A DNA stretch of 64,000 nt from the NCBI GenBank assembly GCA_964019335.1, contig OZ025667.1, positions 434,001 through 498,000 of the forward strand, written 5' to 3'. The translations under genes were made by a program, and so were the position numbers. Below the pieces are notes generated by a model that had not been told where the DNA came from, searched no databases, and saw only the letters and a list, made by a program, of their open reading frames with translations. Source of the stretch: Diplonema japonicum. Its lineage: Eukaryota; Protista; Euglenozoa: Diplonemea. This document shows, piece by piece, positions 21,401 through 33,175 of this stretch (positions are counted from its first letter, which is position 1; each line of letters starts with the position of its first letter).

Positions 21401-22448
21401 GCTTGGGTATTTTCAGTAAGAAGTGCTCCGGCTCTATCACCAATGTGGTAGGGTTGTTGGTGGTGCGGATGCTTGAGATCTGGAATGCCTTTCCTTCTAG
21501 AGGGACTTCACACAGGACACCATCGTCATTTGTGATAAAAGTTACCTGCAGCTTGTCAGCAGTCTCAAAGGACAACTGAGTCTTAAAGTTGCTAGGTGGC
21601 AGAGAGACTTTCTTGCGGAAGATTCGTTGGATGTCGAGCTTCAAGTGTTTTGCCCTTGCGGCGTCAAGATGTTTTTCGAAGCCCCCATCCTTGTCCCATC
21701 CGTACTCTCTGCCAGTTGCCTCCAGCTTCAAACCCACCCGAGAGCTCATTGCCCACAACATTACTGACTCTACCTCCTCCTGCAGCACCCTTCCCCTGCT
21801 CATCTCAGTAAGGATCACAGTCAGTTGTTTTACAACTTCATCTTCAAATGTGTTCACCACGCCCTCCAACTCACCCGACACCCTCGCTTCCTTCACAATC
21901 TTGAACCATCTCTTCTTCCTCTCGCACAGTTCTTTGAAAGCCGTCACGCTCATCTCCGTGAAAGTATGTTCGTGGTGCGCCCACGCCTTAAAGCATGCCC
22001 TGCACAGGTCGACCTTTTCTGCGGTGCACTGGTTGCACCTGAACCAGTTTGTATCACTTATGTAATCCCTGAAACAATGTGAGCATGTTGCGGCATGAAA
22101 CAGACAAGCCTCGTGCCTCCCAACCGTCATAGGGTGCCTGCCCTTTCCCATTCCTTGCTTGAGTACAATACAAAGCTTGAAAACTCTTCTAAGCATCTCC
22201 CATTTTTTCATCCCCATTGTTATGATGCTGATGAACGAACCCCTCCGCCGTCTGGCGCTTGCGCTGCTTGCGGGTGTCTGAGGAATAACCCCAGGGCTTA
22301 AGGGCGGTGAGTCACGAAGAGGGTTCAGCAGGATTCCCCTGCGCTGTCGCTGCACGTTGCTAGACGAACCATGCCTTCTGAGAAGGGACGTAGACGAGTT
22401 GGACTTCTTGAGCTGGAACCGTGGCCCTTTCCCGTCCAGGTTTGCCAT
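18471..22448 (-). CDS. Soluble class III adenylate cyclase with ZZ zinc finger and SPRY domain; spliced 3' end
   Basis: ZZ-type CSHC..CNQC..DLCRACF..HHEH and a SPRY-like beta region. Catalytic motifs are intact: VFTDVQSST, YEVKTEGDAFMVAF, RVRMGFHTG, DYFGPMVNLAARI. Introns 18958-18991 (34 nt) and 18846-18877 (32 nt) join the 18471-18767 ORF. A possible further intron at 18456-18494 would extend it to 18288. Confidence 0.88.
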
Positions 22449-22516
22449 ATTGTCCTGTGTAGTGTGATTGTGATTGAATAGAAGTAAACACTTGATGTTC
22501 TACGTAAACCTGGCGC

Positions 22517-22855
22517 TTAGTCAAAGAGACCAAAGTCGCCCATGTCCTCTTCGGATTCTTCAGCAGGCGCAGCGGCGGCGGCGGCGGGCTTAGCGGCGGC
22601 CGCGGCAGCAGGGGCAGCACCACCGGCAGGGGCCGCACCACCACCGAAGCTGAGGTTCCCGAACATGCTGCCCATGTCCTGCTTCTCGAGCATACCAGCA
22701 ATGACCTTGGAGTACGCGGCGGGTACCGTCAGGCCCGCGGCCTTGCAGGCCTCCTGCAGGTTCTCGGAAGACATGTCAACACCACAGTCATGGCACAGCA
22801 GTGCCGAGTACATGCAGGCAACTTCGTTGCGCTGGGAAACAGTAAGCTCAACCAT
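22517..22855 (-). CDS. RPLP1: 60S acidic ribosomal protein P1
   Basis: EVACMYSALLCHD, Ala/Pro hinge, C-terminal EESEEDMGDFGLFD. Confidence 0.92.
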   Translation of the reverse strand: MVELTVSQRNEVACMYSALLCHDCGVDMSSENLQEACKAAGLTVPAAYSKVIAGMLEKQDMGSMFGNLSFGGGAAPAGGAAPAAAAAAKPAAAAAAPAEESEEDMGDFGLFD

Positions 22856-22978
22856 CTTGATGTCTGTCACCACCTGTATGAAAGATTGGGCTGAAGAAAC
22901 ATCGAAGAAACAAGAAAAGGAACTTAACGAAAAATACTGTGAAAGAGACGAATCAAAACAATGAAACAGGAGGCAAAC

Positions 22979-23956
22979 TTAATATTCTTCATCAAGAATC
23001 TTCTCTACAGTCTTTTCCCAACAAGCTGTATTCGTTCGTGTCATCTGCAGCAGCAAGATATCATCCTCAGATAAACGCAGCCTGAAGCGCTTCCATGCCC
23101 TGGTGCGCACGAACGTCGTAGGCTTCGGTGAAGGCAGCCACCTTGCGTTGAGCCATTTGTCGAGAGTCCCTGCTCCAGGCCAATGCACTGCATACTGCCA
23201 TCCTTGGGGATCTGTTCTCTTGGAGCGCTCGACCACCCAAGGAGTGACCCAGTGGTAGGATCCGTTGGGGCATCGTATGCTGTGCTTCCCCTTGGGCTTG
23301 TTTGACCCGTCAGGAAGGCTCCACGCACCCTTGAAGTCAGAAAATAGCAAATTCTCTTTGCCGAACTTTCCAGCCCAACTACGCCTTTCGTTCTGTTGTA
23401 TAGTATCCACGTGATAGGTGAGGATGTTGGTCGACTCCACATCGACTGTGAGCTGCTTTGACAGTGTCGTCTTAAAGGGTCGGTTGGGGGTCTCCATGGA
23501 CTGCACCACCTTCATGTGCAGCACACTAGGGTGCAGGCACACGGTGCACATCACAAGCCCAGGTAGGAGCTCCCGTGCTTTCAACCCAAAAAAATCTTTG
23601 TTTATGAAAATGCGGATGCACTCTAATGCACACTTCTCGAGGCACACAGAACAGTGCCAGTGGTCAATGTGCCCACACATCAGAAACGCCCCGTTTCTGC
23701 TTTCTGTTATTCCCCCGCAACCCAAGCATGTACTGAACTCCTTCCCGCTTCCTTGGTACGCACCTAGCGAGTTGATCACCCCGTCCAGGTCGGTCCCCGT
23801 GCTCACACCGCTCCCTCGTTCGTCCATGCTTTCTCGTTCCTTCCCTTCTTTTTCCTTCTTCACATCCACTTCAATGTCCCATGTGTCGCACCACAAGTCC
23901 ATCGCAGCATTACGCCGTCTGGTGTCCTGCTCCAGAACGCTTTGCCATTGCTGCAT
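22979..23956 (-). CDS. RING-type zinc finger + dysferlin (DysF/Pex24-like) domain protein
   Basis: CLGC..CGH..HC-x2-C..CTVC RING-like pattern, then QQNERR, HWVTPWVV, TDPQGWQYAVHW and FVRTRAWKR DysF motifs. Confidence 0.75.
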   Translation of the reverse strand: MQQWQSVLEQDTRRRNAAMDLWCDTWDIEVDVKKEKEGKERESMDERGSGVSTGTDLDGVINSLGAYQGSGKEFSTCLGCGGITESRNGAFLMCGHIDHWHCSVCLEKCALECIRIFINKDFFGLKARELLPGLVMCTVCLHPSVLHMKVVQSMETPNRPFKTTLSKQLTVDVESTNILTYHVDTIQQNERRSWAGKFGKENLLFSDFKGAWSLPDGSNKPKGKHSIRCPNGSYHWVTPWVVERSKRTDPQGWQYAVHWPGAGTLDKWLNARWLPSPKPTTFVRTRAWKRFRLRLSEDDILLLQMTRTNTACWEKTVEKILDEEY

Positions 23957-25191
23957 ACCTGTGTGTAGTGTTGGTATAAACAGACAAGATAGCAGCAGAA
24001 GCCTGTCACGTGTTGCGAGTGCGAAGGGCCAAGTGAGAAGAAAATGGAGGAGCGGTTACAATCCTTGAGCGATACGTGCGGTGTACAGTCTGATATCAGA
24101 GTGTCCTCTTCATCCTCTCATTGTACGCGTGTGCATTGCAGTCTCTTGTATGCTAATTAGTGATGGTATGGGGTGAGAACAAAATAAGTAGATGAAGAGA
24201 AATAAGGAAAAAGAAGGAAAATATAGCAGTAAACTGTTTCATTATTTCTCCCCGCTACAACAGGTTTGAAGAAAAGAAAAGGACATGAGAGGGGAGGGGT
24301 GAGGGGGGGCGAGACGGGGGGGGGGGGGGGGTACAAATCTGGTGGGCTTCTTTGCCTTCCGTTCCTCGCAATTTACTTCATTAACCATTCTCTCCTAAGA
24401 CTTCCAAAAAAAAAAAAAAAAAAAAAAAGACAAACCCTTGTTCACGAACCTACTAGCCAACCCTACCTTTCTTGTAAATGCATCTTGCTATAAAAAAGGG
24501 GGAGGGGTCGTCACAACAGTAACGATTCCCCGTGCCTCCGAAGCGCGTGAGAATTCAACCAATAAAGCGCTTGCCGTATCTCACTAGTGGGTTCGTCTTA
24601 AGGAAATAATATAAATAATAATAATAAAAAAAATAGAACACATCATATCTCATATTTCTAAAGCTTGCTTTTGACCAAAGACCAAGAACAAAGGCACGGG
24701 ACAACCTCCGATCGGAGATTGATATGAGCACGTCTGGGGGAATTGTCCACAATTTCTTTAGGGGTCCAAAAATTTCTTGTTTCGCATATTTAAGCAAAAA
24801 AAAGGGGGGGGGGGCAGCATGCAACCACAGGAAGATGACATATAAGGTACCACTAGCCATGAGGGCGGCAGGCTTTGCAAAAAGAAGAAGAAGAAAAGGA
24901 ATAGGATGCAACGCTATATCATGAACCATGAAGCCCCTTGTCTTTCGTTAAATAATAATAAACGAGAAACCCAAGGGAGGCACAACAGGGGTTCGGTATT
25001 TTCGTCCAGACCAGCTCATGTCCTTGTGCGAGGTCACCAATGGTGGTATTGGATTTGGAAGAAGGGGGGGGGGGGGGGTAAAGTCGGTATTGTTGCTTGT
25101 GCAAATTGGGTACTTTTTTGTAAGAACCCCAATGTCTGTTCTTTTTCTCAGCTTTGACAATCATTGTTAACCGCAAGAGAAAAGAAAAAAG

Positions 25192-25231
25192 AATTCACTA
25201 TGATAGGAACGAAGTGGTAGCAACGATCCGC
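25192..25231 (+). repeat. Dispersed ~40-nt motif A, copy 1
   Basis: AATTCACTATGATAGGAACGAAGTGGTAGCAACGATCCGC, with similar copies at 28466 (+) and 53411 (-). Confidence 0.8.
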
Positions 25232-25978
25232 AAAAAGAAAGGAAAAGAAAGAAAAAAAACAGCCATTTGTACTATTTTTTACTCATTTGTTTTGTCCCCC
25301 CTGTTTTTTTTTTCCCGCTCACTTACTCTTTTTCTACCCCCCTCTTTTCTTCCATTGTTTATTTAATGCACTCTAGTAGTGAAAGATAAGCCGCTAGTCC
25401 ATTATCAGCATCCTAGCAACCGTTGGGTCATGAGCTAGAATGGAGCTCTTTTTTTTTTTTCTTCTTCTTCTTTCTTAATTTTTTTATTGTCACTCGCTAT
25501 GCTAATATGAAAGAAAAAAAGAAGCGAAAAAAGAGAAAAAAAGGAAAATCAAGACACCCGGCTTGTTGTGACCAGTGACTCTTTTTCTTCTTTTTTTCTT
25601 TGTTTTACTTCCCATATTCCTTTCTCTCCCATCTGCCTGTGTTGCTTAAACGCGAATCCCAAAAGTGAGTGCCACCCACAAAACTGATGCCGCGCCATAA
25701 GGCGGCTTTAACAAATAGTTTTTGTCCTACACAAATTATGAAATGAAATGGGGCTTTAGCTGCATATTGCGAAGCACAACCTCCTCCACTGGGCACAAGG
25801 GACCTGTTCATTGGAAAAAGCTTTCTGGTAGAAGGGATTCAGTCTAAACCACAAGGCCCTAGGGGAAGGACTGGACAACTTATTAAGGTTTAGAAGATAA
25901 ACGAATTTAATGACAATGAAAAAAAGGGGGGTAAACCATATTATGACTATTATGTCTTGCTGTTTCTTTTTTTTTTTA

Positions 25979-26550
25979 CGCGCTATATTCGCTAAGTGAC
26001 CCACCAGAACCCCTGAGCTGTAGGTACCCTCTCATCAGGGGAGTTTGCCCGGTCCGGAGTCGTATGATCTGGACCTCGTCCCTCCTACAGAGGGGAGGGA
26101 GTGGGAGACTGTCGCCATTCGTAACGAGGCTGTGATGGCCTGGAGCGTCGTTGCCGTACCTCGCGCGCGTTGCTCCCCTCAGCCATGCCTTCGGCCGCTT
26201 TGTGGACTATGCCTTCGAAAATATTTTCGGCTGAACTACTGGTCAGGAAGATGCTGGCTTCTGGGATCGAACCCTGTTAACCATGTTTTTCAAAGGGAAA
26301 AGTGCCCAGTTGCAAAAGTTTGGCAAAAATGGCCAAAACCCAAAATGGCGACTTCCAAGGTCATTTTGGTTGGCCCCCAATATTTTTTTTTTGGAACTTT
26401 CTTGGAACTCACCGTTCTTTCATGTTCGACATATGGATTTTTTGAAAAAAAAAATTCAATGAACCTTTGGGCATTTTTGACATTTTTTCCCCTATAGCCC
26501 CCTATAACCCCTTTGGGACATAGGGCGGGTCACTTAGCGAATATGGAGCG
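25979..26550. mobile_element. MITE / non-autonomous DNA transposon (~570 bp)
   Basis: Perfect 18-bp inverted repeat ATATTCGCTAAGTGACCC (25985-26002) / GGGTCACTTAGCGAATAT (26527-26544), extending imperfectly outwards. Flanks are TTTA and TTAA. No transposase ORF. Confidence 0.75.
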
Positions 26551-28465
26551 TTAAAAATTGCTCGGCACAAGTTGCATAATAATCTTTTTTGAAAGAAAAA
26601 AAAAACAAGCTTTGTAGAAAAAAAAGGGGGGGGGGAAGGTAAGACATGTGCTTTACACGTTTGTGCACTCTCGATCTGCCTTTCATCTTTTTTTATGTTC
26701 TTACGGGGGGGGGGGGGGGGGGGAAATCATGTTTATGAATATTTGAGTTTATCTCAACGACAACTTTTTAAAAAGAAAAAAAAAACCCCCCCAGAGGAAC
26801 CCACCAAACATCTTGAGCACTAATCTCAAGACATGCTTTATTTTTTATACCCTCAGCCAAGCACATGTTGTACTGTGACACAACGGAGGGGGATAAGCTA
26901 CATTTACTTTCATTCTGATCAACAGTATGGGGACACACCGGAACTTGTACTGGAAGGATGGCGAGTCGAAGGGGAAGAAGAAGCATGGCTTCCTTTTGAA
27001 AACTGGCGCCAGCATCTTAGATTCCGACTTTATGGGCAGCACATCACTGAGGGGAAAAGAGCGTCTGGACACCGCCTCCCTCGTGAGGCCGCATAATGCA
27101 TGCCGCCTACCATTTCTTTTTCTTATTTATTTCCTCTCTAGCTTGTCTTTACCATTCTTAAAAGAAGAAAGGTGAAGGGGCCGTGAAATATGTATTCATA
27201 GAATGCCTGGCAAACTATTCAAGAGGAGTGCATTCCTTACATCTGTACTAGTGTTCCACATAACGAAGAGGCTCAGGACAGTTGCCAGCACAGTTGTCTT
27301 TAATGAAAGATCTGTCTGCAACGAAAGAGGAGAAGAAGAAAAAGAAAAGGAAAGAATAAGAAGGCTTTACTTGACCTTGGGGCAGGCTAAAAGGGGCTGT
27401 GAGAGACAAATCCATATGAAGCAAAGAATAAAAAACAGGGTGGATGGAGTTTAAAAAAAAAGGGGGGGGGGCAGCCTCCGTATGAAGATCAGGAAATTCT
27501 AGATTCACCCCTTTCCATGAGTGACACGAGTTGATTCTCTTTGGGAAGGGGAAAAAAAAGAGAAAAAAAGCCTAAAGGGCCAAGTGAAGTTAAAAAAAAA
27601 AAAGGAGAGATGCAAACTGCTGGGCCCATGAAAAGAAACAATATCTTGGTAGGAAAGAAACAAGACGTACATCCTGGGGAGCGAGAAAAAAAGGTGAAAA
27701 AAAGGAAGGATCCTTCCAGATGCATTCGTGTATGAGACAAGAGGGTGTGGCTGCATAAGCAGGAGATGCCTCATGAGTGCTTTATGATAAGAGCCCCCAA
27801 CACAGGCAACACAAAAAATATTTGCTTTCCGAAATCGAAACCCGGTGTCAAGTTACCGCCAAAAATGAGACATTATTTTGTTTGCTGGTTATGCTTTCCC
27901 CCCCCCCCCCCCGTTTCCTCTAGTCCCAAGTAAGATATGTCGCATAGACCGCATTCATCATGGGCCCATTGTTAAAACTGGCCCTCCGCGTCTGCCTTGA
28001 TGGATAAGTCCATGTGGCATGTGGACATACGCTTGTAATGTGCCCCAAGTGAGAAAAGTATTGAACGACATGGAGATGATTGAATAAAAGGGGGAAGGGG
28101 GGGGACACTAAAACCCCAAAGAGAAAGAGGGAGTGAGCAGGTTAAGAGGGTACAGAGTTGCTATTTCCGTCCTCAACATTTTTCTTCTTCTTCCTTTGGT
28201 CTTACAAAAAGGGGAAGGTTGGCAACGTACGGGTTATAAACTTCTCCAGGTTTCTACCGGCACATACAACAACCGGTCCCTGATTTTTTTTTGGTCCTTT
28301 ATCGATTGGCAGGCGTAGTAGAGGCATGTTGACATTACTGGCTGTCGAGAGACCCTATTTCTCTCTTTATTTAGTCCTAAGGTATGGGGGAGGGCCGAAA
28401 GTGAAACAGTCCTGGGGGGCTTTTCCCGAAGGCCACAACAGAAAAACTTCCCAAAAATGAAAAAA

Positions 28466-28506
28466 AATCACTATGATAGGAATGAAGTGGTTAGCAACGG
28501 TCCGCC
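28466..28506 (+). repeat. Dispersed ~40-nt motif A, copy 2
   Basis: AATCACTATGATAGGAATGAAGTGGTTAGCAACGGTCCGCC. Confidence 0.8.
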
Positions 28507-28658
28507 AAAAAAATGAAGGATGACGAGAGAAAAAAAAGCTGGCGGGAAACAGCACCTCTGCACCTGCACCTGTTGCTTACCATAACCGTAAGGGACTGAG
28601 AAGTAGAATTTCATTTAAAAAAAAAAATTAATCCTCAATCTGCTGCAGGGAAAAAAAA

Positions 28659-28700
28659 AGACATTTAAGGGTACCTGCGGTATGTGGCAGGACGCCTTGA
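28659..28700 (+). repeat. Dispersed ~42-nt hairpin motif B, copy 1
   Basis: AGACATTTAAGGGTACCTGCGGTATGTGGCAGGACGCCTTGA between A-tracts, with copies at 42034 (+) and 63208 (-). Confidence 0.85.
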
Positions 28701-29563
28701 AAAAAAACGACACGGTTCAGAGTGCAACGCTTTTGCTGCTATTTACACATGGCTTAGGGCTGCCCTAACCGACACAAGCACAGACGACCGAGGGCAGCTT
28801 CTCGCAGCCCGGGGTGCCAAAGTAAAAAGGTTTAAAGAAAAAAGTTTGGTGGACTTCGTGACTCAACATAACTAATTATAACTGAAAGAACAATGATGAG
28901 GGAAGGAGGGGGAGGGGGTGATGGGTGGCAGAATACTGCGTCTTAACTTACACGTCGTGTGGCGTGTCTGCCAAGTGGCACCTAAAAAAGATGTCAGTGC
29001 ACTTGAAAAAAGAAAAAAGAGGACTCTCGCTAAATTTCTTTTTGTTCCCTTACTGACTACCGCCTGACCACAGCGACAGCGGCCCTTCTGAAACTCAATA
29101 GTCGACGAGACGCAAAACGAGTCGCTTGCTCTATCGCATAACCACCACCGTTCCCCGTGCTGCGGCAAAGAACAGATGCCTTAAAGACATGCGCCGCATC
29201 TGCGACAGGGCAGGGAGGTCCAACTCGGCAGGGAGCAAGTGAATGAGAGGAATGAATGTCTGTCGTCACCGTTGCTACCCTCTTGCCATGTGCAGATTGC
29301 AAAGGACGTGGGATGCTGTCGTGAACGCAGCTGCTGAGAGCAGCATCACTGACAGTACGCTCAACTCAATGACTACCAAGGCCCTAGCAAGGCCAAGGTG
29401 CTAGGCAGTCTTTCGACGCGCCATGTCATTAAAAGGAGTGTTATGTTGACAACTCTTGCGATCACTGCTAGGCACAGGGTGGAAAAATGAAAGCACCTTG
29501 AGGTGCAACTCATTGTGTGTTTTGTTTTCTCTTTTTTTTTCTCTCTCTCTTTTCACTTACATA

Positions 29564-30122
29564 TTATCCGGAAAAACCACTGGTGTGTGGGTTTGCGACG
29601 ACTGGTGCTGTGGTTGCGGGTACAGTGTTGCTGGGGTTGCATACCCAGCTTGTTGAGGGGACGGAGCCCAAGTCTGTTGCGACAGAGCACGTCGAGGACC
29701 CCTCGTACCCTGGTCGGAAGTAGGCATCTGGGGGTAGGTCGTCGTCACTATCACTGTCGTTGCTAGCTTCGCTTACGGAGACCATTACGGGTGCACTCCG
29801 GGCCTTTTGTATTGGTTTTTGGACCATAGGCGCAGGGAAAATAGCTGACTTCACAGGCCTGTAAGCAAGGATAGGAGAGTATTCTTCTTCAGATAAGCAC
29901 GTTTTTTCTATTCCTTTGTGGTACTGCTGACCTCCCCCATCTCTGCAGGTGTTAATTACATTTACGTGTACATTATGAAACATACTGTCTCACTTCCGAT
30001 ATCCGCACTAGCCCATCAACCGACTTTCGTGTCAACATATCCTCATCAACACAAATGGACACTGCCTTCCGTGGCACACTCTCACCATGTGCCACGCGCG
30101 TCGTATCACTCTGCTTCGCCAT
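29564..30122 (-). CDS. Hypothetical protein; 2 exons
   Basis: A 43-nt GTATG...CTGCAG intron at 29943-29985 joins MAKQSDTT...SEVRQ to DGGGQQYHKG... in frame. Confidence 0.55.
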
Positions 30123-30285
30123 ATCGCCGTCACATCCCTGACTGAGGTCAGCAACGGAGGGTTTATTAACTGTGCTCCTTATTTTACAGCGTTGCCTGTG
30201 TTGGGTAGTTGAAATGTGAGCAGTGGGAAACAGAATACAATCTACTAACAAGTGTCTAGAATAACAAATCTAATGTCAAGCAAGC

Positions 30286-31457
30286 CTACCCCCAACTATC
30301 CAGAGGGTTTGTCAGAATTGGCTGCTTAGCACGTGGCTGCGCCTCTCCGAAGGGCAGACCGAGAGCCACATCGATGTTAGCCATTGTGTTCCTTGTGAAA
30401 GACGAATGGTGCCTTGTGTGTCCTGCAGATCTGCTCCGGTAGGACGCCGCGAGGTTCTTGACCCTAGACTCTGCTAAGGGGCTCAGCAGGGGAGAAGGTG
30501 TGCGTGCAGACTCTGTGAAAGACTGCTGCAGTGTTGGCTTCGGGACATGACTGTACTTGGACATCTCATGCTCGACAGACACGACACGTGTCGGGCTGGA
30601 CACTCTGAGCACAGGTCTCGTGGTGAGCTCGTTCTCCAATCGCAAGGCTTTTGTCTCGATATGCTTGAGTCTCTCAACTTCGGCAAACAGTAGCTGCGAC
30701 TCTTCTTTTTCCCTTTCAATCTCACCGCAGAGTTTTGCGTTTTCCCCTGCCAGCCTTCTTGCACTCCTTTCAGCATCACCTTTTCCCGTTACCTCGCCCT
30801 GCACTACTTGCAAGTCATGCAGCATCCTTGTGATCTCGCGTTCATGGCCAGTGTGCAGATTTGCCAACTTACTTTTCAGCCGCGAATTTTCTTTCTCTAA
30901 AGTCTTAACATCGGATGCTTTCTGCTCATGCGCTTCGTATAAGGATATCTCCTTGCTCCTGCTTTGTATTAGCTTTGACCTTAATGACTCGAGTTCTGCC
31001 GCAGTTGCTCTGTCTTCTTTCGCCACGCTAAGCTCGCGTACGGGTTCCGATCGCTGGCTCAGCAAGTTGTGCAATCTTTGAACTTCTGCCTCAAGAGTAG
31101 TCTCCCTACTTTTACCCCGCGCCAGTTCTTCCTGTAGTTGTTCCTTTATCCCATTGTTCTCCCGTTCCACTTCCCTCGCTTGTTCGTTGTTCTTGCTCTC
31201 GTCAGTGCGGATGTAGACGGGGTCTGCACTAATGGTGACCCGGTGGCTCTGCTGTTGCACTTCTGTGTCAGGCACCGACACTGTGCCGCTCTTCGATCTT
31301 TCAAAATTGTCATCTTTTCCAATGCACCTCCTGCCCCTTGACCGCATCAACATGATGACATTCAGAATCACGGACAGCTGTTGCAGTGGTTTCATTCTTG
31401 TTGCCATACCGCAAGGAATGCTGATAGCAAACCGATCGCAACCTGCTCCCCCGTCAT
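30286..31457 (-). CDS. N-terminally membrane-anchored coiled-coil protein; 2 exons
   Basis: A 32-nt intron at 31378-31409 gives MTGEQVAIGLLSAFLA|LSVILNVIMLMRSRG (TM helix), followed by heptads. Confidence 0.65.
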
Positions 31458-31524
31458 TTTGTATCTGTGATGTTGATAACTTGCGTTGTGTAGTCTTAAG
31501 CAAACTATACAACTGTCATTCCCA

Positions 31525-33036
31525 TCAGTTTGAGGAAAGGGACTCTTTGAGGCCCCCCCAACCAGTCTCTTGGTAACTTGTTACTTTCAGATGCCTTGCA
31601 TCGACCTCCTGTCGCGCTGCACGGATTTCGTTGTGTGTGATGTATTGGTAGCTGACCTTCCGCCAGTCGCCATACAGAGTAGTGAGGTAAGCGTCTGTGT
31701 CGTGGGGGGCGGGCAGCGTGTAAGGCGGGAGTTGTGTTGTTGCCAACGGGAACACTGCAGAAATATCCCACGACTTCTGCCTTTCAATGTACTGCCCTGT
31801 TGGTAGCTTGTGGATTGTGTACCTTAACACTGCTGCCCCATCGGCACTCCTTTTAAAAGGTACAATATCCATGTGCACGGCCCTGTAAGGCTCCTTCCGT
31901 AGCATCTCTTGAGGCAGTATCTTAGGTGTCTTTATCGACAACACGTGTATGTTGCCCTGTCGTGACACAGTGAAGCTGTATCCTGCCTTCGCGAAAGCCG
32001 TTTTCATATCTACTGCTATCTGGCAACCGTACAAAACTTGTTCCTGTCCACTTTCCACCAAGTACCCTAGGTCAATGTCATCCTCCCACGGCAGGATACC
32101 GTTGTGGCGCACACTGCCAAGCAGGGATCCACCATCTATCCATACCTTGTACCCCAATGAACTGAAAATAGATGCTGCAGTAGAGGCCATCCGGGCCATA
32201 GCCTCGGCACAACACGGTGGAGTGTTGATCCCCAGCATATCAACGTAATTATGGACGAAGCACGGCACAGATGCGTTGTGGCATTTACGCCACCTGAGTC
32301 CCTCACGTGTCACGACCAGCGGGGACGGTGTCATCATGCCTAGGTATCGCCTGCTGTACTCCTCAATGTCAACGCCTTGGAGCTCTGCCTGTTTATACAG
32401 CACGTCTGAACTATAACTATTTAAGGCCACGGTACTTATCTTTGCGCTCGTGAGGAATAGTCTAGTTTCCATTAAGAGAACAGCCCCACAGAAGACTCCC
32501 GCTGCCTCGGTACCCCACCGCCAAGCAGAACCAGCAACACAGCACAACGCACTTAAGTATACTGCACCGGGGTGATGATATTTGGCCCAGTGATTCTCAC
32601 TTTTCATGATGTCTGTCAGTGACCTTGTGCTTGTCGGGTCAGACAGCCTACACGAGCCCTTTGTGCTGCTGTACAGCATGCACCACAGGGATGCTGCCTG
32701 GGTGGCTACGGAGACGATGTTACCACCAAGTGACCCAAGACATTGCCCCACAGTGATACATAGCCATGCCCTCAAGGGCCGTACCCTTGGTGTGCCATCT
32801 TCTTCAGTAACTCCAATGCACAAATACTCCTTGTACCCTAGGATATAACTACAAGCTACAGCTGCATTGAACATGGCCTGCTGGTATTTGTTTAGCGGAA
32901 GTTTGCTTGTCAACACAGCACATGCAGCGCCCGGCAAGCTACTCCCTAGCATCGCACGCAAGTAGACACTGTGCACCTCTTTGAACGGCGGCCATTTCTG
33001 ATCCTTAAGCTCTTTCAGCCTCCACACAGTAGCCAT
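31525..33036 (-). CDS. LicD/fukutin-related (FKRP-like) nucleotidyltransferase with multi-TM N-terminus
   Basis: TPPCCAEAM and WIDGGSLLGSVRHNGILPWEDDIDLG, VHMDIVPF, VFPL...PAPHDTDAYLTTLYGDW. Confidence 0.85.
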   Translation of the reverse strand: MATVWRLKELKDQKWPPFKEVHSVYLRAMLGSSLPGAACAVLTSKLPLNKYQQAMFNAAVACSYILGYKEYLCIGVTEEDGTPRVRPLRAWLCITVGQCLGSLGGNIVSVATQAASLWCMLYSSTKGSCRLSDPTSTRSLTDIMKSENHWAKYHHPGAVYLSALCCVAGSAWRWGTEAAGVFCGAVLLMETRLFLTSAKISTVALNSYSSDVLYKQAELQGVDIEEYSRRYLGMMTPSPLVVTREGLRWRKCHNASVPCFVHNYVDMLGINTPPCCAEAMARMASTAASIFSSLGYKVWIDGGSLLGSVRHNGILPWEDDIDLGYLVESGQEQVLYGCQIAVDMKTAFAKAGYSFTVSRQGNIHVLSIKTPKILPQEMLRKEPYRAVHMDIVPFKRSADGAAVLRYTIHKLPTGQYIERQKSWDISAVFPLATTQLPPYTLPAPHDTDAYLTTLYGDWRKVSYQYITHNEIRAARQEVDARHLKVTSYQETGWGGLKESLSSN

Positions 33037-33175
33037 GGTACCTGTGCGAATGCTTGTTGGTAAAAAAAAAAAATATATATAACTTAAGAATCCCCCGCAC
33101 TGCCGAGCAATGCGATGGTTACAAATTACAGTAAGTGTTCTATGAGGCCGCGTCGGTGTCTACAGACACTCGATA

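Noticed and set aside
26005-26050. Hammerhead-like CTGATGAG on the minus strand inside the MITE
   Set aside because: The putative stem II is followed by AGGG rather than the required GAAA, so there is no complete core.
26250-26290. tRNA gene suggested by GGTTCGATCC on the minus strand
   Set aside because: The T-stem pairs poorly and no D-arm, anticodon arm or acceptor stem can be built.
23960-29500. Numerous short ORFs rich in F/K/G/P (also 12.6-13.9, 53-56 and 60-61.9 kb)
   Set aside because: Translations of homopolymer tracts with no domain signal.
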